Origin: an uncultured Candidatus Saccharibacteria bacterium | GTDB lineage: Bacteria > Patescibacteriota > Minisyncoccia > Phycocordibacterales > Phycocordibacteraceae | Assembly: GCA_964360855.1 (NCBI GenBank) | Contig: CAYHXV010000002.1 | Coordinates: forward strand, 97 to 64,096 | Direction: 5' to 3' | Length of the DNA stretch: 64,000 nt | In this document: piece by piece, positions 25,679 to 36,623 of the stretch | Numbering within the stretch: the stretch's first letter is position 1 | Layout of the letters: each line of letters begins with the position of its first letter | Program-made: the position numbers and the translations under genes | The notes under the pieces: model-generated | Told to the model about the DNA's origin: nothing | The model's database searches: none | The model's input: the letters and a program-made list of their open reading frames with translations, nothing else

Positions 25679-27358
25679 TTATGAGGTTGCTCCATCTCCA
25701 AGGGCACTGTCTGAAGCGGGCAGTGCCTTTGTGGTTAAGCGCTTCAGAGAATCCCTCAAGTCTTGGAATTCTTGATTGCGAAGACTGGCGAGGACTCCCA
25801 CCGCCACCAGTAGACCCACCATACCAGCGATGATGCCCTGCGTGAAGACGGCATGGGTGGTGGTGAGTGGCTCAAGATGCCCCATGAACGAGAGGACGCC
25901 GTAGCTGGCAGCACCCCCAAGTATGCCACTTCCGAGAGCTTGAAAGAGTGGGCGCACGAGAGAGCGAGCCACACCTGGCGCAACCCGACTCAAAGTAATA
26001 AGAGCCACTCCCGCCACAATGAGTTGCCCCACGGTAGCACCAATAGCAATGAACAAAATATCAGCGCCACCAACGTCAGACACTCGGAAGAGCGCTTCAA
26101 CAAAATAGCGCACCGGTGGATACTGACCCGCAAGCCACATACCTCCAAGGGCCACCAGCACTGAAACACCAATGTCTCCCAGTTGCATGATGAGCGGATT
26201 CCATGAGCGTTGCGCGGCATAAAACGCACGAGCGCACAGAAGAATCAATCCCTGAGCGGCAAGGGCAACAATTAAAATACCCAGAATTGCCGCGGTGAGG
26301 CGGGTGTCATTCCAAGAAAATGCACCCGTGCCAAGTACGATACGCACAATATGTGCACGAAGCACAATGGTGAGCACCATAATAATGGTGGACCAAAAGA
26401 TGATATGCCGAGCTGCCGCACTGATGGTATCTCGATACGCCGCCCCTTGTTTTTTCCGATGATGCTCGGCAAGTACGGGAAATGCCGCCGTTGCGTAGGC
26501 TGCACCGATAAGAGAGAGCGGGACTGCTTCCAAGTTACTTGCAAACGTAAAGACGGAGACTCCTCCTTCTCCGGTGCGTGCCGCAAGGATGGTAAGGGCG
26601 AGCGTCACAAACGCTCCCATACCAAGCGCAAGCGAGCGCGGGAGTGAGTCTTTCATCACGGACCAGATAACGCGTGGCTTCGGAATGGTTGGGAGTGGAA
26701 AAAGGCCTGCACCCGCAAGCACGGGAAGGTGAATGAGAAGATGCAATAACGCTCCCGCCACCACTCCCATACCCACACCTGCAAGTCCATACAGCGGGTA
26801 CAGGAAAAGCGTTCCGCCAATGATACCGAGGTTGTAGAGCACGGGGGAAAGTGCAAAGAGTGCAAAGCGTCGCTTCACCTGCGTCACACTCGTCGCAATT
26901 CCCGATAGCCCAAGAATGATTGGCTGCAAGAGAAGTAGTCGGGTGAGCAATACAAATTCATCCGCGTACGCGCCCTGCATGAGTGCGGGGTACATGAGTG
27001 AAAGCACCGAGGGGGCAGCAATTGCAAGAGCGGCACACAATACTCCTCCGGCAACAAAAAGAAAGGAAGCGGCCTGCGAAATAAGCATCCTATTTTCTGA
27101 AGGTGTCCCACCGCTAATTCGAGGAATAAGCACATACGCTGACACTAGAGACGCAACCAGTGCAAATACCAGATCAGTCACAAGAAATGCTGCGTAGTAG
27201 AGATCAAGCATCTCTCCCGCACCGAATTGATGAGCAAACAAGCGGTCTCGCACCAGTGCAAGTAGTTGGGACGCTAGCGTGAGGGACGCAAGCAAGTACG
27301 CAGCCTGATGAAGGCCGCGTACGGGCTTGGTGATGGTCTTGATGAGTGCGCTGACCAT
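25679..27358 (-). CDS. murJ: Lipid II flippase MurJ (MviN family)
   Basis: About 14 TM, N-terminal ...ALVRDRLFAHQFGAGEMLDLYYAAF... resembles the MurJ signature ...R.FGAG...DAF. Confidence 0.7.
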   Translation of the reverse strand: MVSALIKTITKPVRGLHQAAYLLASLTLASQLLALVRDRLFAHQFGAGEMLDLYYAAFLVTDLVFALVASLVSAYVLIPRISGGTPSENRMLISQAASFLFVAGGVLCAALAIAAPSVLSLMYPALMQGAYADEFVLLTRLLLLQPIILGLSGIATSVTQVKRRFALFALSPVLYNLGIIGGTLFLYPLYGLAGVGMGVVAGALLHLLIHLPVLAGAGLFPLPTIPKPRVIWSVMKDSLPRSLALGMGAFVTLALTILAARTGEGGVSVFTFASNLEAVPLSLIGAAYATAAFPVLAEHHRKKQGAAYRDTISAAARHIIFWSTIIMVLTIVLRAHIVRIVLGTGAFSWNDTRLTAAILGILIVALAAQGLILLCARAFYAAQRSWNPLIMQLGDIGVSVLVALGGMWLAGQYPPVRYFVEALFRVSDVGGADILFIAIGATVGQLIVAGVALITLSRVAPGVARSLVRPLFQALGSGILGGAASYGVLSFMGHLEPLTTTHAVFTQGIIAGMVGLLVAVGVLASLRNQEFQDLRDSLKRLTTKALPASDSALGDGATS

Positions 27359-27376
27359 CGTACTACTCTATAACCA

Positions 27377-29797
27377 CTACGGGGTCGGTTCCGTTACGGT
27401 GCGAGGAATACCAAGAGCGCCAAGACGTGAAGCAGGGAATGGATTCTTGCCAGCCTTCAGAGCTGCAATATCTCCTGATACCGCGGTTGCGTTCTCAGGA
27501 GAAAGAGCGGCAACTGCCTCAAGTGCTTCGATAGCCTTTGGATACTCTCCCACGATTGAGTACATGACTCCGAGGAAGAAGCGAGCGTTTGCATACTGTG
27601 GATTCAGATCAGCAGCATGAGAGAGTGCTGCAATTGCGCCTGCAGTGTCTCCATTTGCCGAGCGAAGAATACCAACCTGGAAAGCAACCGCTGGATCGTT
27701 TGGTGCAAAGTATGCAGCAGCTTCAGCAGCCTGGAGTGCCTCTTTTGCCTTTCCGAGCTGCACCTCAATCTGAGACAAGAGGAACACTGCCTGGGTGAAG
27801 TCGTGCTTCAGGGTGATGGCTTCAAGAAGTGACGCTTCAGCTGCCTTCGCATCCCCTTGGGCAATCTCAAGCTGGGCAACCACGTATGGCAGTGTTGGAT
27901 TTGTCGGACTTAGGGCAATGGCACGGGCGTATGCCGTCTTTGCATTCTGGTATGCTCCCTCAATCTTAAGAGGCACTACCGTTGCATACACGTTGCCAAG
28001 CATCACCCAGTTCTGATAGTTATCAGGACCAAGGCGCGTTGCGGTAAGCGCGTTCTCAATACTTATTGAGAGTGCTGCCTGGAACTTCTGCTGTGCGTCT
28101 GTTGGGGAGAGTGTCGTATCCGCAGCAACTTCCTGCATGCGCGCAACCCCTATGGCTGCTGCAAGCTGGTACCCTCGATCACTTGCGGCAAACAGAAGGG
28201 AGCGGCTCGTGGCTGCTTCAGCTTTTTCAAGCGTCCCTGCTTGAAGTGCGGCACCTGCATTCTGATAAGCAACGCTTCCGAGATAACGTTCAACAACGAC
28301 ATACACTGCCAAGATTGAGGCAAGGAGGAGAAGAGTAAGTCCAAACACAATCACAAATCCCACACGAGGACTACGCGCAAAGATAATTCCCCACTCGCGC
28401 GCTCCTGAGCTGTATCGCATCGTCGAGACGAAGATACCGGCGAGAATAAATCCTGCAAGAAGAACAATTGGCCCTGGCACGGCAAATATCGCAAGACCCA
28501 TCACATAGAGGAATCCCACAAAGGATGCAACACTCGTGAATCTGGCAAAAGGGTCTTGAGGGGCTCGCAAGAGAAGCATGCGTAGACCAAAGAAGATAAA
28601 GAGTGCGAGGAACGCTATCCAGGCGAATGCACCCACGGCACCTGTCGTAATGAAGGACGTAGGGACATAGCCAATGCCAGACACGAAGTCAATATTCCAG
28701 AAGACAGTGTCGTTCAGTGAGCGATCCCGGAACTTGAGCCACTCGCTGCCGAATGTTCCAGGACCCGATCCAAAGAGCGGTGAAGATGCGTACGTGTGGC
28801 TACCAATGTCAAACGTGGACTGCCATGACGGACGCACATCAACCACATTTGCTCCCATACTGTTTACGAGCGCCGTACCAATGGTTGAGCCGCCAATAAT
28901 GAAGAACAGGGCAATAGCAAGGGTCGCCAGAGGAGCAATAAGCGTATGCATAGAGAAGTCACTGCGCTCACCCTCATATTCTTTTTCTGAAAGCATCAGT
29001 GCCACTCCATCGAGGTCTGAGTCGTCCGCATGCGGGCGATTCTTCATAATCGCTTCTATAAAGAGACCGAAGGAAACAACCGCAATAAGCATCCAGATTA
29101 GTCCTGAGTTCACCACGGCAAGTACGAAGAGGGTTGCCCCGCCGCCAACAAGAATAAGTTTTCGTGTTCGAGAAGATATTTCCAAGAAGCGAAGCGTGAG
29201 GAGACCAAGGGTAATACCAAGCCCGAGCAACATGCCGAGGTCCGAGAAAGAACCAACCAGGTTCATTGTTGAAGCTACCTTCGTGGGGAATACTCGACTA
29301 GTAACAAATACGAGAACCTGCACGACCACAATGAATGCGAGCGCAAATCCACCGGTCTTGAAGAGGGTTTGGTAGCTACTGGTGCGGCGGAACGCGAGCG
29401 CCGTGAGTGTAGCCAGAACCGCAAGGATAAGTACGAACCCAAGCGTATCCGCTTCGAATTCAGTTCCAAAGAATCCGGCATGGATACCTACTCCCGAAAA
29501 CAGTGCCGAGAAGAGATACGCAGCAGGCACAATCCAGATGGCGCCAAGGAGCGGAAGTGGCGGCACAATAGCGTTCCCCCGAGTGAGGCGAGCAAGAATA
29601 TAGAACGCAAGTGCAAGTAGTGCACCAATAGCAACGAGTGACACCTTGGTTCCTAAGAAGGGAATGTTCACGCCAGGAATAAAGAGAATGGCGCCAAGTA
29701 CCAAGGTAGCGACTACTGCAAGAATAGCGAGTGAATCGAATGAAAAACGACGTGCACGCGAAGCTCGTACACCGGTTGCTGATTGCTGAGTATCCAT
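27377..29797 (-). CDS. Large membrane protein: O-antigen ligase/Wzy-like polytopic domain fused to C-terminal TPR repeats
   Basis: More than 10 TM helices over about 560 aa, then about 5 TPR-like repeats (A..Y.NA..AY..A..L.P..). Confidence 0.5.
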   Translation of the reverse strand: MDTQQSATGVRASRARRFSFDSLAILAVVATLVLGAILFIPGVNIPFLGTKVSLVAIGALLALAFYILARLTRGNAIVPPLPLLGAIWIVPAAYLFSALFSGVGIHAGFFGTEFEADTLGFVLILAVLATLTALAFRRTSSYQTLFKTGGFALAFIVVVQVLVFVTSRVFPTKVASTMNLVGSFSDLGMLLGLGITLGLLTLRFLEISSRTRKLILVGGGATLFVLAVVNSGLIWMLIAVVSFGLFIEAIMKNRPHADDSDLDGVALMLSEKEYEGERSDFSMHTLIAPLATLAIALFFIIGGSTIGTALVNSMGANVVDVRPSWQSTFDIGSHTYASSPLFGSGPGTFGSEWLKFRDRSLNDTVFWNIDFVSGIGYVPTSFITTGAVGAFAWIAFLALFIFFGLRMLLLRAPQDPFARFTSVASFVGFLYVMGLAIFAVPGPIVLLAGFILAGIFVSTMRYSSGAREWGIIFARSPRVGFVIVFGLTLLLLASILAVYVVVERYLGSVAYQNAGAALQAGTLEKAEAATSRSLLFAASDRGYQLAAAIGVARMQEVAADTTLSPTDAQQKFQAALSISIENALTATRLGPDNYQNWVMLGNVYATVVPLKIEGAYQNAKTAYARAIALSPTNPTLPYVVAQLEIAQGDAKAAEASLLEAITLKHDFTQAVFLLSQIEVQLGKAKEALQAAEAAAYFAPNDPAVAFQVGILRSANGDTAGAIAALSHAADLNPQYANARFFLGVMYSIVGEYPKAIEALEAVAALSPENATAVSGDIAALKAGKNPFPASRLGALGIPRTVTEPTP

Positions 29798-29880
29798 ATT
29801 AATTTTTATATGCGCTGCCCACTACTTACTAATGGGGTAAGTATAGCTCATACGTACTACGGACACGCAAATCAGGTGGG

Positions 29881-29912
29881 GAAAGCGAAATCCGCCCGTG
29901 TGGGGCGGATTT
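29881..29912 (-). terminator. Rho-independent terminator of rnpB
   Basis: aaatccgccc-gtgt-ggggcggattt followed on the minus strand by tttcgctttc. Confidence 0.65.
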
Positions 29913-30247
29913 CACATTGTGCTGGACTGGCTCGATAAGCCGAATTCTGTCGTGGAAAACCACGGACGACCATCTATCTGGGACGAGTGTTACCATTCGC
30001 CTCAAGCGGCGCTCCCGATTTCTCGGGCACGGCCTTGCACAGGGGTAAGGATTTAGCCGTTTCACTCTCTCTGTCGCCAGAGAGATTCATCTCAGAGAGA
30101 TGCTTGTTGCTTTCGCTTCAAGCGTCACTGTTCGCACCTCGCGCATTACTGCGGACGGGCGTTACCCGCTACCTTGCTGCTCATAGAGCCTGTGTTCGGA
30201 CTTTCCTCTATATCGTCACCGATACAGCGATCGTCTGAGCCAGTCCT
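29913..30247 (-). ncRNA. rnpB: RNase P RNA (bacterial type A), about 335 nt
   Basis: Minus strand reads GAGGAAAGUCCG (P4 5' strand) and CCACGACAGAAUUCGGCUUAUCG (P4 3' strand, compare E. coli CCACGACAGAACCCGGCUUAUCG); P1 formed by GGACUGGCUC/GAGCCAGUCC; GGUAACGCC-type loop present. Confidence 0.85.
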
Positions 30248-30268
30248 TTAGAATTATACCACTCTAAA

Positions 30269-30706
30269 CTATTTCTGCCAGTCTGGGGGAAGCGCAATAC
30301 GAGAGCCAATGGTGAAGTTTCGCACTCTAGACTCTCCTGCTCGCAACTCAAGTACCAAACGAACAGGCTCGGGAGATAAGAACTTCTGAGGGTATGAGTC
30401 AGGAGAGACTGAATCTTCAATACCAAGAATAGTGCCGTCTGAAGACAGCCAGAGGATGTCGATGGGTACCAGCATGTCTTTCATCCAGAAGGCGAGTCTT
30501 TCTTCTTTTGGGAATACAAACAGCATGCCGTATCCCTGAGGCACATCAGTTCGACCACTAAGTCCCTTCGCTTGGGCTTCTGGGGTCCGTACGATTTCAA
30601 ACTGCAGTGAAGTATCTATAACCGGCGGGGTCTGGAAAGAAAAAAATACAAAAGCAGCAATAAGTACGGCCCACACGAGAGCAAGAACGATTGCGAGAGT
30701 CTTCAT
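30269..30706 (-). CDS. DUF192-domain protein (COG1430)
   Basis: Signal/TM N-terminus then FWMKDMLVPIDILWL...G core typical of DUF192. Confidence 0.6.
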   Translation of the reverse strand: MKTLAIVLALVWAVLIAAFVFFSFQTPPVIDTSLQFEIVRTPEAQAKGLSGRTDVPQGYGMLFVFPKEERLAFWMKDMLVPIDILWLSSDGTILGIEDSVSPDSYPQKFLSPEPVRLVLELRAGESRVRNFTIGSRIALPPDWQK

Positions 30707-30890
30707 GAGTACAGTAAAGCACAAAGCTCCGTATGCGGGGCTTTGTTATGAAGAGAATTCTTTACGGCCTAGTTGTAAAAGTGTTCAGCACAGGGCCGAA
30801 ATAAGCCGTAAAGAGCTCACTTCATAGGAGTTCAAACGTATAAATATATATTATCATGTTGGGGTTGGTTTGTCAATGGTTCGCGAATCC

Positions 30891-31466
30891 TTACAGGGCT
30901 TTCACTCCAAATGCCTCCAATTCTTTCACTAGTCGCCTCAAGGGCAGTCCCATTGCATTAAAAAAGTCTCCTTCTATTTTTTCCACAAGTAGTGCACCGG
31001 TCTCTTGCAAGGCGTAGGCTCCGGCCATACCGAGAGGCTCGCCCGTCTGAATATAGGCCTCGATAATCTCAGGAGATAAGGTTGCCATCATAACTTTAGT
31101 GGCTTCATGGAAAGAAACTTCCTTGCCAGACTCTGTGCCAATGATTGTCACTCCGGTCACAATCTCGTGCTGTTTCCCACTGAGCATTTCTAGCATTTCC
31201 TTAGCGCGTTCGGGTGTCTTCGGCTTTCCCAAGCGGTGATGCTGATACACCACAAAAGTATCAGCAGCTATGATGATTGCATCGGTGTTAGCAGCCGCAA
31301 CTGCCCGGGCCTTGCCTGCTGATAGAAACTCAGCCAGTTCCTCGGCTGGCATGTCCAGAGTCATATCCTCCTCGTAGGAGCTTTCCTGAATTTCGAACGG
31401 AATCAAAGTCTTAGAGAGAATGTCCTTCCTCCGAGGTGAGGTGGACGCGAGGATGACCTTTTTCAT
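30891..31466 (-). CDS. maf: Maf nucleoside-triphosphate pyrophosphatase
   Basis: ILASTSPRRK N-terminal signature, about 190 aa. Confidence 0.85.
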   Translation of the reverse strand: MKKVILASTSPRRKDILSKTLIPFEIQESSYEEDMTLDMPAEELAEFLSAGKARAVAAANTDAIIIAADTFVVYQHHRLGKPKTPERAKEMLEMLSGKQHEIVTGVTIIGTESGKEVSFHEATKVMMATLSPEIIEAYIQTGEPLGMAGAYALQETGALLVEKIEGDFFNAMGLPLRRLVKELEAFGVKAL

Positions 31467-31513
31467 GACTCCACTATAGATTAGTCCGTAAGATCTTCAA
31501 AGTTCCAATGTAG

Positions 31514-31598
31514 CGGAAACGGAGGGATTCGAACCCTCGAAACCTTTCGGTTTACACGCTTTCCAAGCGTGCGCCATCGACCACTCGGCCACGTTTCC
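31514..31598 (-). tRNA. tRNA-Ser (anticodon GGA), type II
   Basis: GGAAACG acceptor, anticodon loop TTGGAAA, 17-nt variable arm, GGTTCGAATCC T-loop. Confidence 0.85.
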
Positions 31599-31608
31599 TG
31601 TGCTCGAT

Positions 31609-32511
31609 TTATAGCACAGACTCCGCTTCCGTGCCGAGCAGTGCCTTCACCCTGGCCGCAACCGGTGGATGTGTTGCAAAGAGTCCGTTCACAAAATTCA
31701 TTGCTTTGGGGCCATAGGGATTGGCAATGAAGAGGTGCGCAGTTGCGTGACTAGCGTGCTGCATGGGTGCCCCATAGCCACTAATCTTTTGAAGTGCGCG
31801 AGCAAGCCCTTCGGGATAGCGCGTGAGGAGTGCTCCCGAAGCGTCTGCAAGGAACTCTCTGCGGCGACTGATAGCCAGTTGAATCAACTGAGCTGCAATA
31901 GGAGCTAAGACAATTCCCACAATCGCCAGAATCATAAAGAGTCCCCCACGAGAGTTATCTCGATCTCCACCACTAAACGACATGCGCAAGAATATGTCTG
32001 CAAGGATTGCAAGGAATCCTGCGAGTACCACCGCAACGGTCATCACCAGCATGTCTCTGTTTTTTATGTGCGAGAGCTCATGCGCAATCACTCCCTCAAG
32101 CTCTTGCCTATCAAGCAGAGCAAGGAGTCCGGTGGTGGCTGCTACCACCGCGTGCTTCTCATCACGTCCCGTAGCAAAGGCGTTTGGTGCCTCGTCCTCT
32201 ATCACATACAACTTCGGCATCGGGAGTCCTGCCGCTATTGCCATGTTCTCCGTCACAGTATAGAAGTCAAAATACTCGTCTCGATTGGCCGGTTTAGCCC
32301 CAGTCATAGAAAGCACTTGCTTGTCACTAAACCAGTAGCTCCAGACATTCATGAATATGGCAAACGCCATCGCTATGTAGAGAATGCCGGGGGACTCATA
32401 GTACCAGGAGACGGCGTACCCAATAGCGAGCACCACCGCCAAGAACCCCGCCATGAGAAAGGCGGTACGCCATACGTTCTTGGTGCGTTGTTGGTAGAGG
32501 GTAGAGGCCAT
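31609..32511 (-). CDS. htpX: Zinc metalloprotease HtpX
   Basis: HELSHIKNRD (HExxH) in a 4-TM M48 protease architecture. Confidence 0.9.
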   Translation of the reverse strand: MASTLYQQRTKNVWRTAFLMAGFLAVVLAIGYAVSWYYESPGILYIAMAFAIFMNVWSYWFSDKQVLSMTGAKPANRDEYFDFYTVTENMAIAAGLPMPKLYVIEDEAPNAFATGRDEKHAVVAATTGLLALLDRQELEGVIAHELSHIKNRDMLVMTVAVVLAGFLAILADIFLRMSFSGGDRDNSRGGLFMILAIVGIVLAPIAAQLIQLAISRRREFLADASGALLTRYPEGLARALQKISGYGAPMQHASHATAHLFIANPYGPKAMNFVNGLFATHPPVAARVKALLGTEAESVL

Positions 32512-32513
32512 TG

Positions 32514-32744
32514 TTACATCGCAAACTCTTCAAGTACTTTAATCCGGTGTTTATGATCCTCGATATTTGGAAATACATTGTTATCCAAATATTTCATGTT
32601 TGCATCTGTTTGCGCTGCCACCGCATCCAGTTTTGTTTCGAGCACATCTATTCTGGAGTCCATTTTCTTAAGGTCTGCCTTTACATCGCTGAACCCTTCA
32701 GCCATGAGGCGAGCAAGAAATTCTGTGTCGGTCTCCTTCTCCAT
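32514..32744 (-). CDS. Small coiled-coil protein (76 aa), hypothetical
   Basis: ORF between lemA and htpX with 2-5 nt gaps to its neighbours (operon-like). Confidence 0.4.
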   Translation of the reverse strand: MEKETDTEFLARLMAEGFSDVKADLKKMDSRIDVLETKLDAVAAQTDANMKYLDNNVFPNIEDHKHRIKVLEEFAM

Positions 32745-32749
32745 ACTAT

Positions 32750-33313
32750 TTAGAATGATACTGCCACTGGCTCACGAGCTGCTTCCTCTGCAAGCTCAAA
32801 CAGGTCCATGTTCTTGAATCCAAAACTTCCAGCAATAACATTGCCCGGGAAGGATTCAATAGCGGTGTTGAGTGCCATAACGGTCTGGTTGTAGAAACGA
32901 CGAGCTGCCTGAATTTTGTCTTCAGTATCTGCAAGTTCCTTCTGGAGCTGCAGGAAGTTCTGATTGGCTTTCAAGTCTGGATACGCTTCTGCAATAGCAA
33001 AGATGGACTTGAGTGCGCCCGAGAGCATGTTCTCGGCTTCGGCGTGCTGTGCTGGTGTGGCCGTAGCACCAACTCCCATAGCAGCAGCGCGTGCCTCAGA
33101 CACCTTCTCAAATGCACTCGCTTCGTGTGCTGCGTATCCCTTCACCGTGTTCATCAGGTTTGGGATAAGGTCATAACGACGTTTAAGCTGTACATCGATA
33201 TCTGCCCATGCTTCCTTGGCCTGATTGCGCTTAGCAATGAATCCGTTAAAGGAAGCTGAGACCCAGAGCACGAACACTAAGAGAATGCCGAGAACTATGT
33301 ATAGGGTAGTCAT
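32750..33313 (-). CDS. lemA: LemA family protein
   Basis: N-terminal TM then FNGFI..RN....W..IDVQLKRR.DLIPNL... Confidence 0.85.
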   Translation of the reverse strand: MTTLYIVLGILLVFVLWVSASFNGFIAKRNQAKEAWADIDVQLKRRYDLIPNLMNTVKGYAAHEASAFEKVSEARAAAMGVGATATPAQHAEAENMLSGALKSIFAIAEAYPDLKANQNFLQLQKELADTEDKIQAARRFYNQTVMALNTAIESFPGNVIAGSFGFKNMDLFELAEEAAREPVAVSF

Positions 33314-33500
33314 ATAGATACATTGTAGAACGAGAGATTAGAAACGCAAGTAATCCTCTGGTTGTGAAATGCACGCCGAATGATACATTCATGCAGGGAA
33401 AGGGAGGAATCGACTTTGGAATTCATTCGCATGTTCGCCTGTACCGTTGTCGGACTCACCGACAACTACGACACTGAACAAGCTAGAAGGAGAATCTGAC

Positions 33501-33611
33501 ATGCCCTGGTGGATACCTATTTGCATCCTTGCTGGCGTTGGCGTGGTCGGTTTTGCCGTGTACGTCATCTATGTCTTCATGGATGAACGGTGGAATGGGG
33601 ACCGGAGTTAA
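33501..33611 (+). CDS. Small single-TM peptide (36 aa, MPWWIPICILAGVGVVGFAVYVIYVFMDERWNGDRS), unannotated
   Basis: AAGGAG SD 8 nt upstream; hydrophobic helix plus charged tail; followed by a strong terminator hairpin; N-terminus resembles the peptide at 14077. Confidence 0.45.
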   Translation: MPWWIPICILAGVGVVGFAVYVIYVFMDERWNGDRS

Positions 33612-33632
33612 GCAGCTCCGCCACTTTTACCG

Positions 33633-33670
33633 AAAACGCCCCGGACCAAAAATCCGGGGCGCATCGTTTT
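33633..33670. terminator. Bidirectional terminator (small peptide gene on plus, groEL on minus)
   Basis: cgccccgga-ccaaaaa-tccggggcg followed by catcgtttt. Confidence 0.65.
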
Positions 33671-33686
33671 AAATAGGGAAGTCAGA

Positions 33687-35643
<1,957 letters not shown>

Positions 35644-35690
35644 AAAGAAATAACGCTCTTAGAGAGATTAGTAAGAACGCTTGAAGCAGC

Positions 35691-35763
35691 GTTGTCGACA
35701 ACTGCCCTTTCCAGGTGACTGGAAAAGTTATCCACAGTATAGAGCGGGAGAGATTTGCGTCAA
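35691..35763 (-). promoter_or_regulatory. groESL promoter (TTGACG-16-TATACT) and two 5'UTR palindromes (TTTCCAG-N4-CTGGAAA; GTTGTCGACAAC); no CIRCE
   Basis: -35 at 35763..35758 and -10 at 35741..35736 (minus strand); inverted repeats at 35708..35725 and 35691..35702 lie in the predicted 5'UTR. Confidence 0.5.
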
Positions 35764-35916
35764 ATTATTTGAAGTTTCTGCATGCGACGCGCTATGCAAG
35801 ACCGTAATCCAGCACACTCTGGACGCATGGATACTGGATTTCGGCAGAGGGAAACCGTGATCGCCCTCGTACTCGCCTAATACCACTCATAGTGTATATG
35901 AAAATCGCCCCGCATG

Positions 35917-35950
35917 TTGCCATGCGGGGCGAAGGACATAGTCCAAAGTT
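35917..35950 (-). terminator. Rho-independent terminator of the GC-rich gene 35985..36623
   Basis: cgccccgcatg-ttgc-catgcggggcg (11-bp stem), minus strand followed by attttcat. Confidence 0.65.
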
Positions 35951-35984
35951 TCAGAGTGCGAACCGAGGGTTCGAGTTCGAAGTG

Positions 35985-36623
35985 CTAACTGGCGAAGCGG
36001 AGCGCCGGACGGCCCTCGTTGAAGACGCGGGCGAGCCAGGACCAGTTGAGCTTGACCTGGCCGCCGTCCTCGAAGAGGTACGGCACACTCAGGCGGCCGA
36101 AGCGGTCCCGAACGACGGACTTCCAGCCGAAGACGGCCTTGCCGGCGAAGTACTTCTGGAAGGTTTCGACGGGGAGCTTCTGGATGGCCTGCAAATCGGC
36201 AAGGCCGAGGCATCCTTCCAGCATGCTGCCCACCTTCAGGTGCTCGTGGATGCGATTGCCCACAACCCGACCGCCGTTCTTCTGGCCGTCGTGCAGCCAC
36301 TGAACGATCTTGCCGAGATCATAGTCGGAGAGCCCGGAGCGCTCGAGCGCCAGGAATTCCGGCGTGTTGATGTACGCCTGATCCACCCAGTCAGGGTAGA
36401 CGGGACGAACGGAGCGATCCACGTGGACCGGGATCTTCATCCTCGTCTTCCTCGGCATGGGCGTGGCGAGCGGACACAGAGCACTCGCAAGCGCCGTGGC
36501 CAGCTTGTCGCTGTTCTGCTCCCAGAGGAGCGCGGCTTCTGGCGATATGTTGCGAGGCGCGGCCTTGATCAGTGCCGCGTGCCAGTTCGCTTGTTGGCCA
36601 AGCGAAAGGGTTTTCTCGGTCAT
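35985..36623 (-). CDS. Hypothetical protein (212 aa) in an about 65% GC island
   Basis: Minus frame has protein-like composition (W/Y/K present); the overlapping plus ORF 35892..36743 is an L/A/R/G/E-rich antisense artefact; own terminator. Confidence 0.5.
   Translation of the reverse strand: MTEKTLSLGQQANWHAALIKAAPRNISPEAALLWEQNSDKLATALASALCPLATPMPRKTRMKIPVHVDRSVRPVYPDWVDQAYINTPEFLALERSGLSDYDLGKIVQWLHDGQKNGGRVVGNRIHEHLKVGSMLEGCLGLADLQAIQKLPVETFQKYFAGKAVFGWKSVVRDRFGRLSVPYLFEDGGQVKLNWSWLARVFNEGRPALRFAS

Noticed and set aside
35805-35835. ggatactggatttcggcag resembling the tmRNA 5' motif GGAUUCGACGG
   Set aside because: There is an extra T and no downstream tRNA-like T-arm or CCA-proximal acceptor partner within 300-400 nt; the region is better explained as the groESL promoter and leader.
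35644-35890. CIRCE (HrcA) operator upstream of groES
   Set aside because: Searched both strands for TTAGCACTC-N9-GAGTGCTAA and close variants; none present, and different palindromes were found instead.
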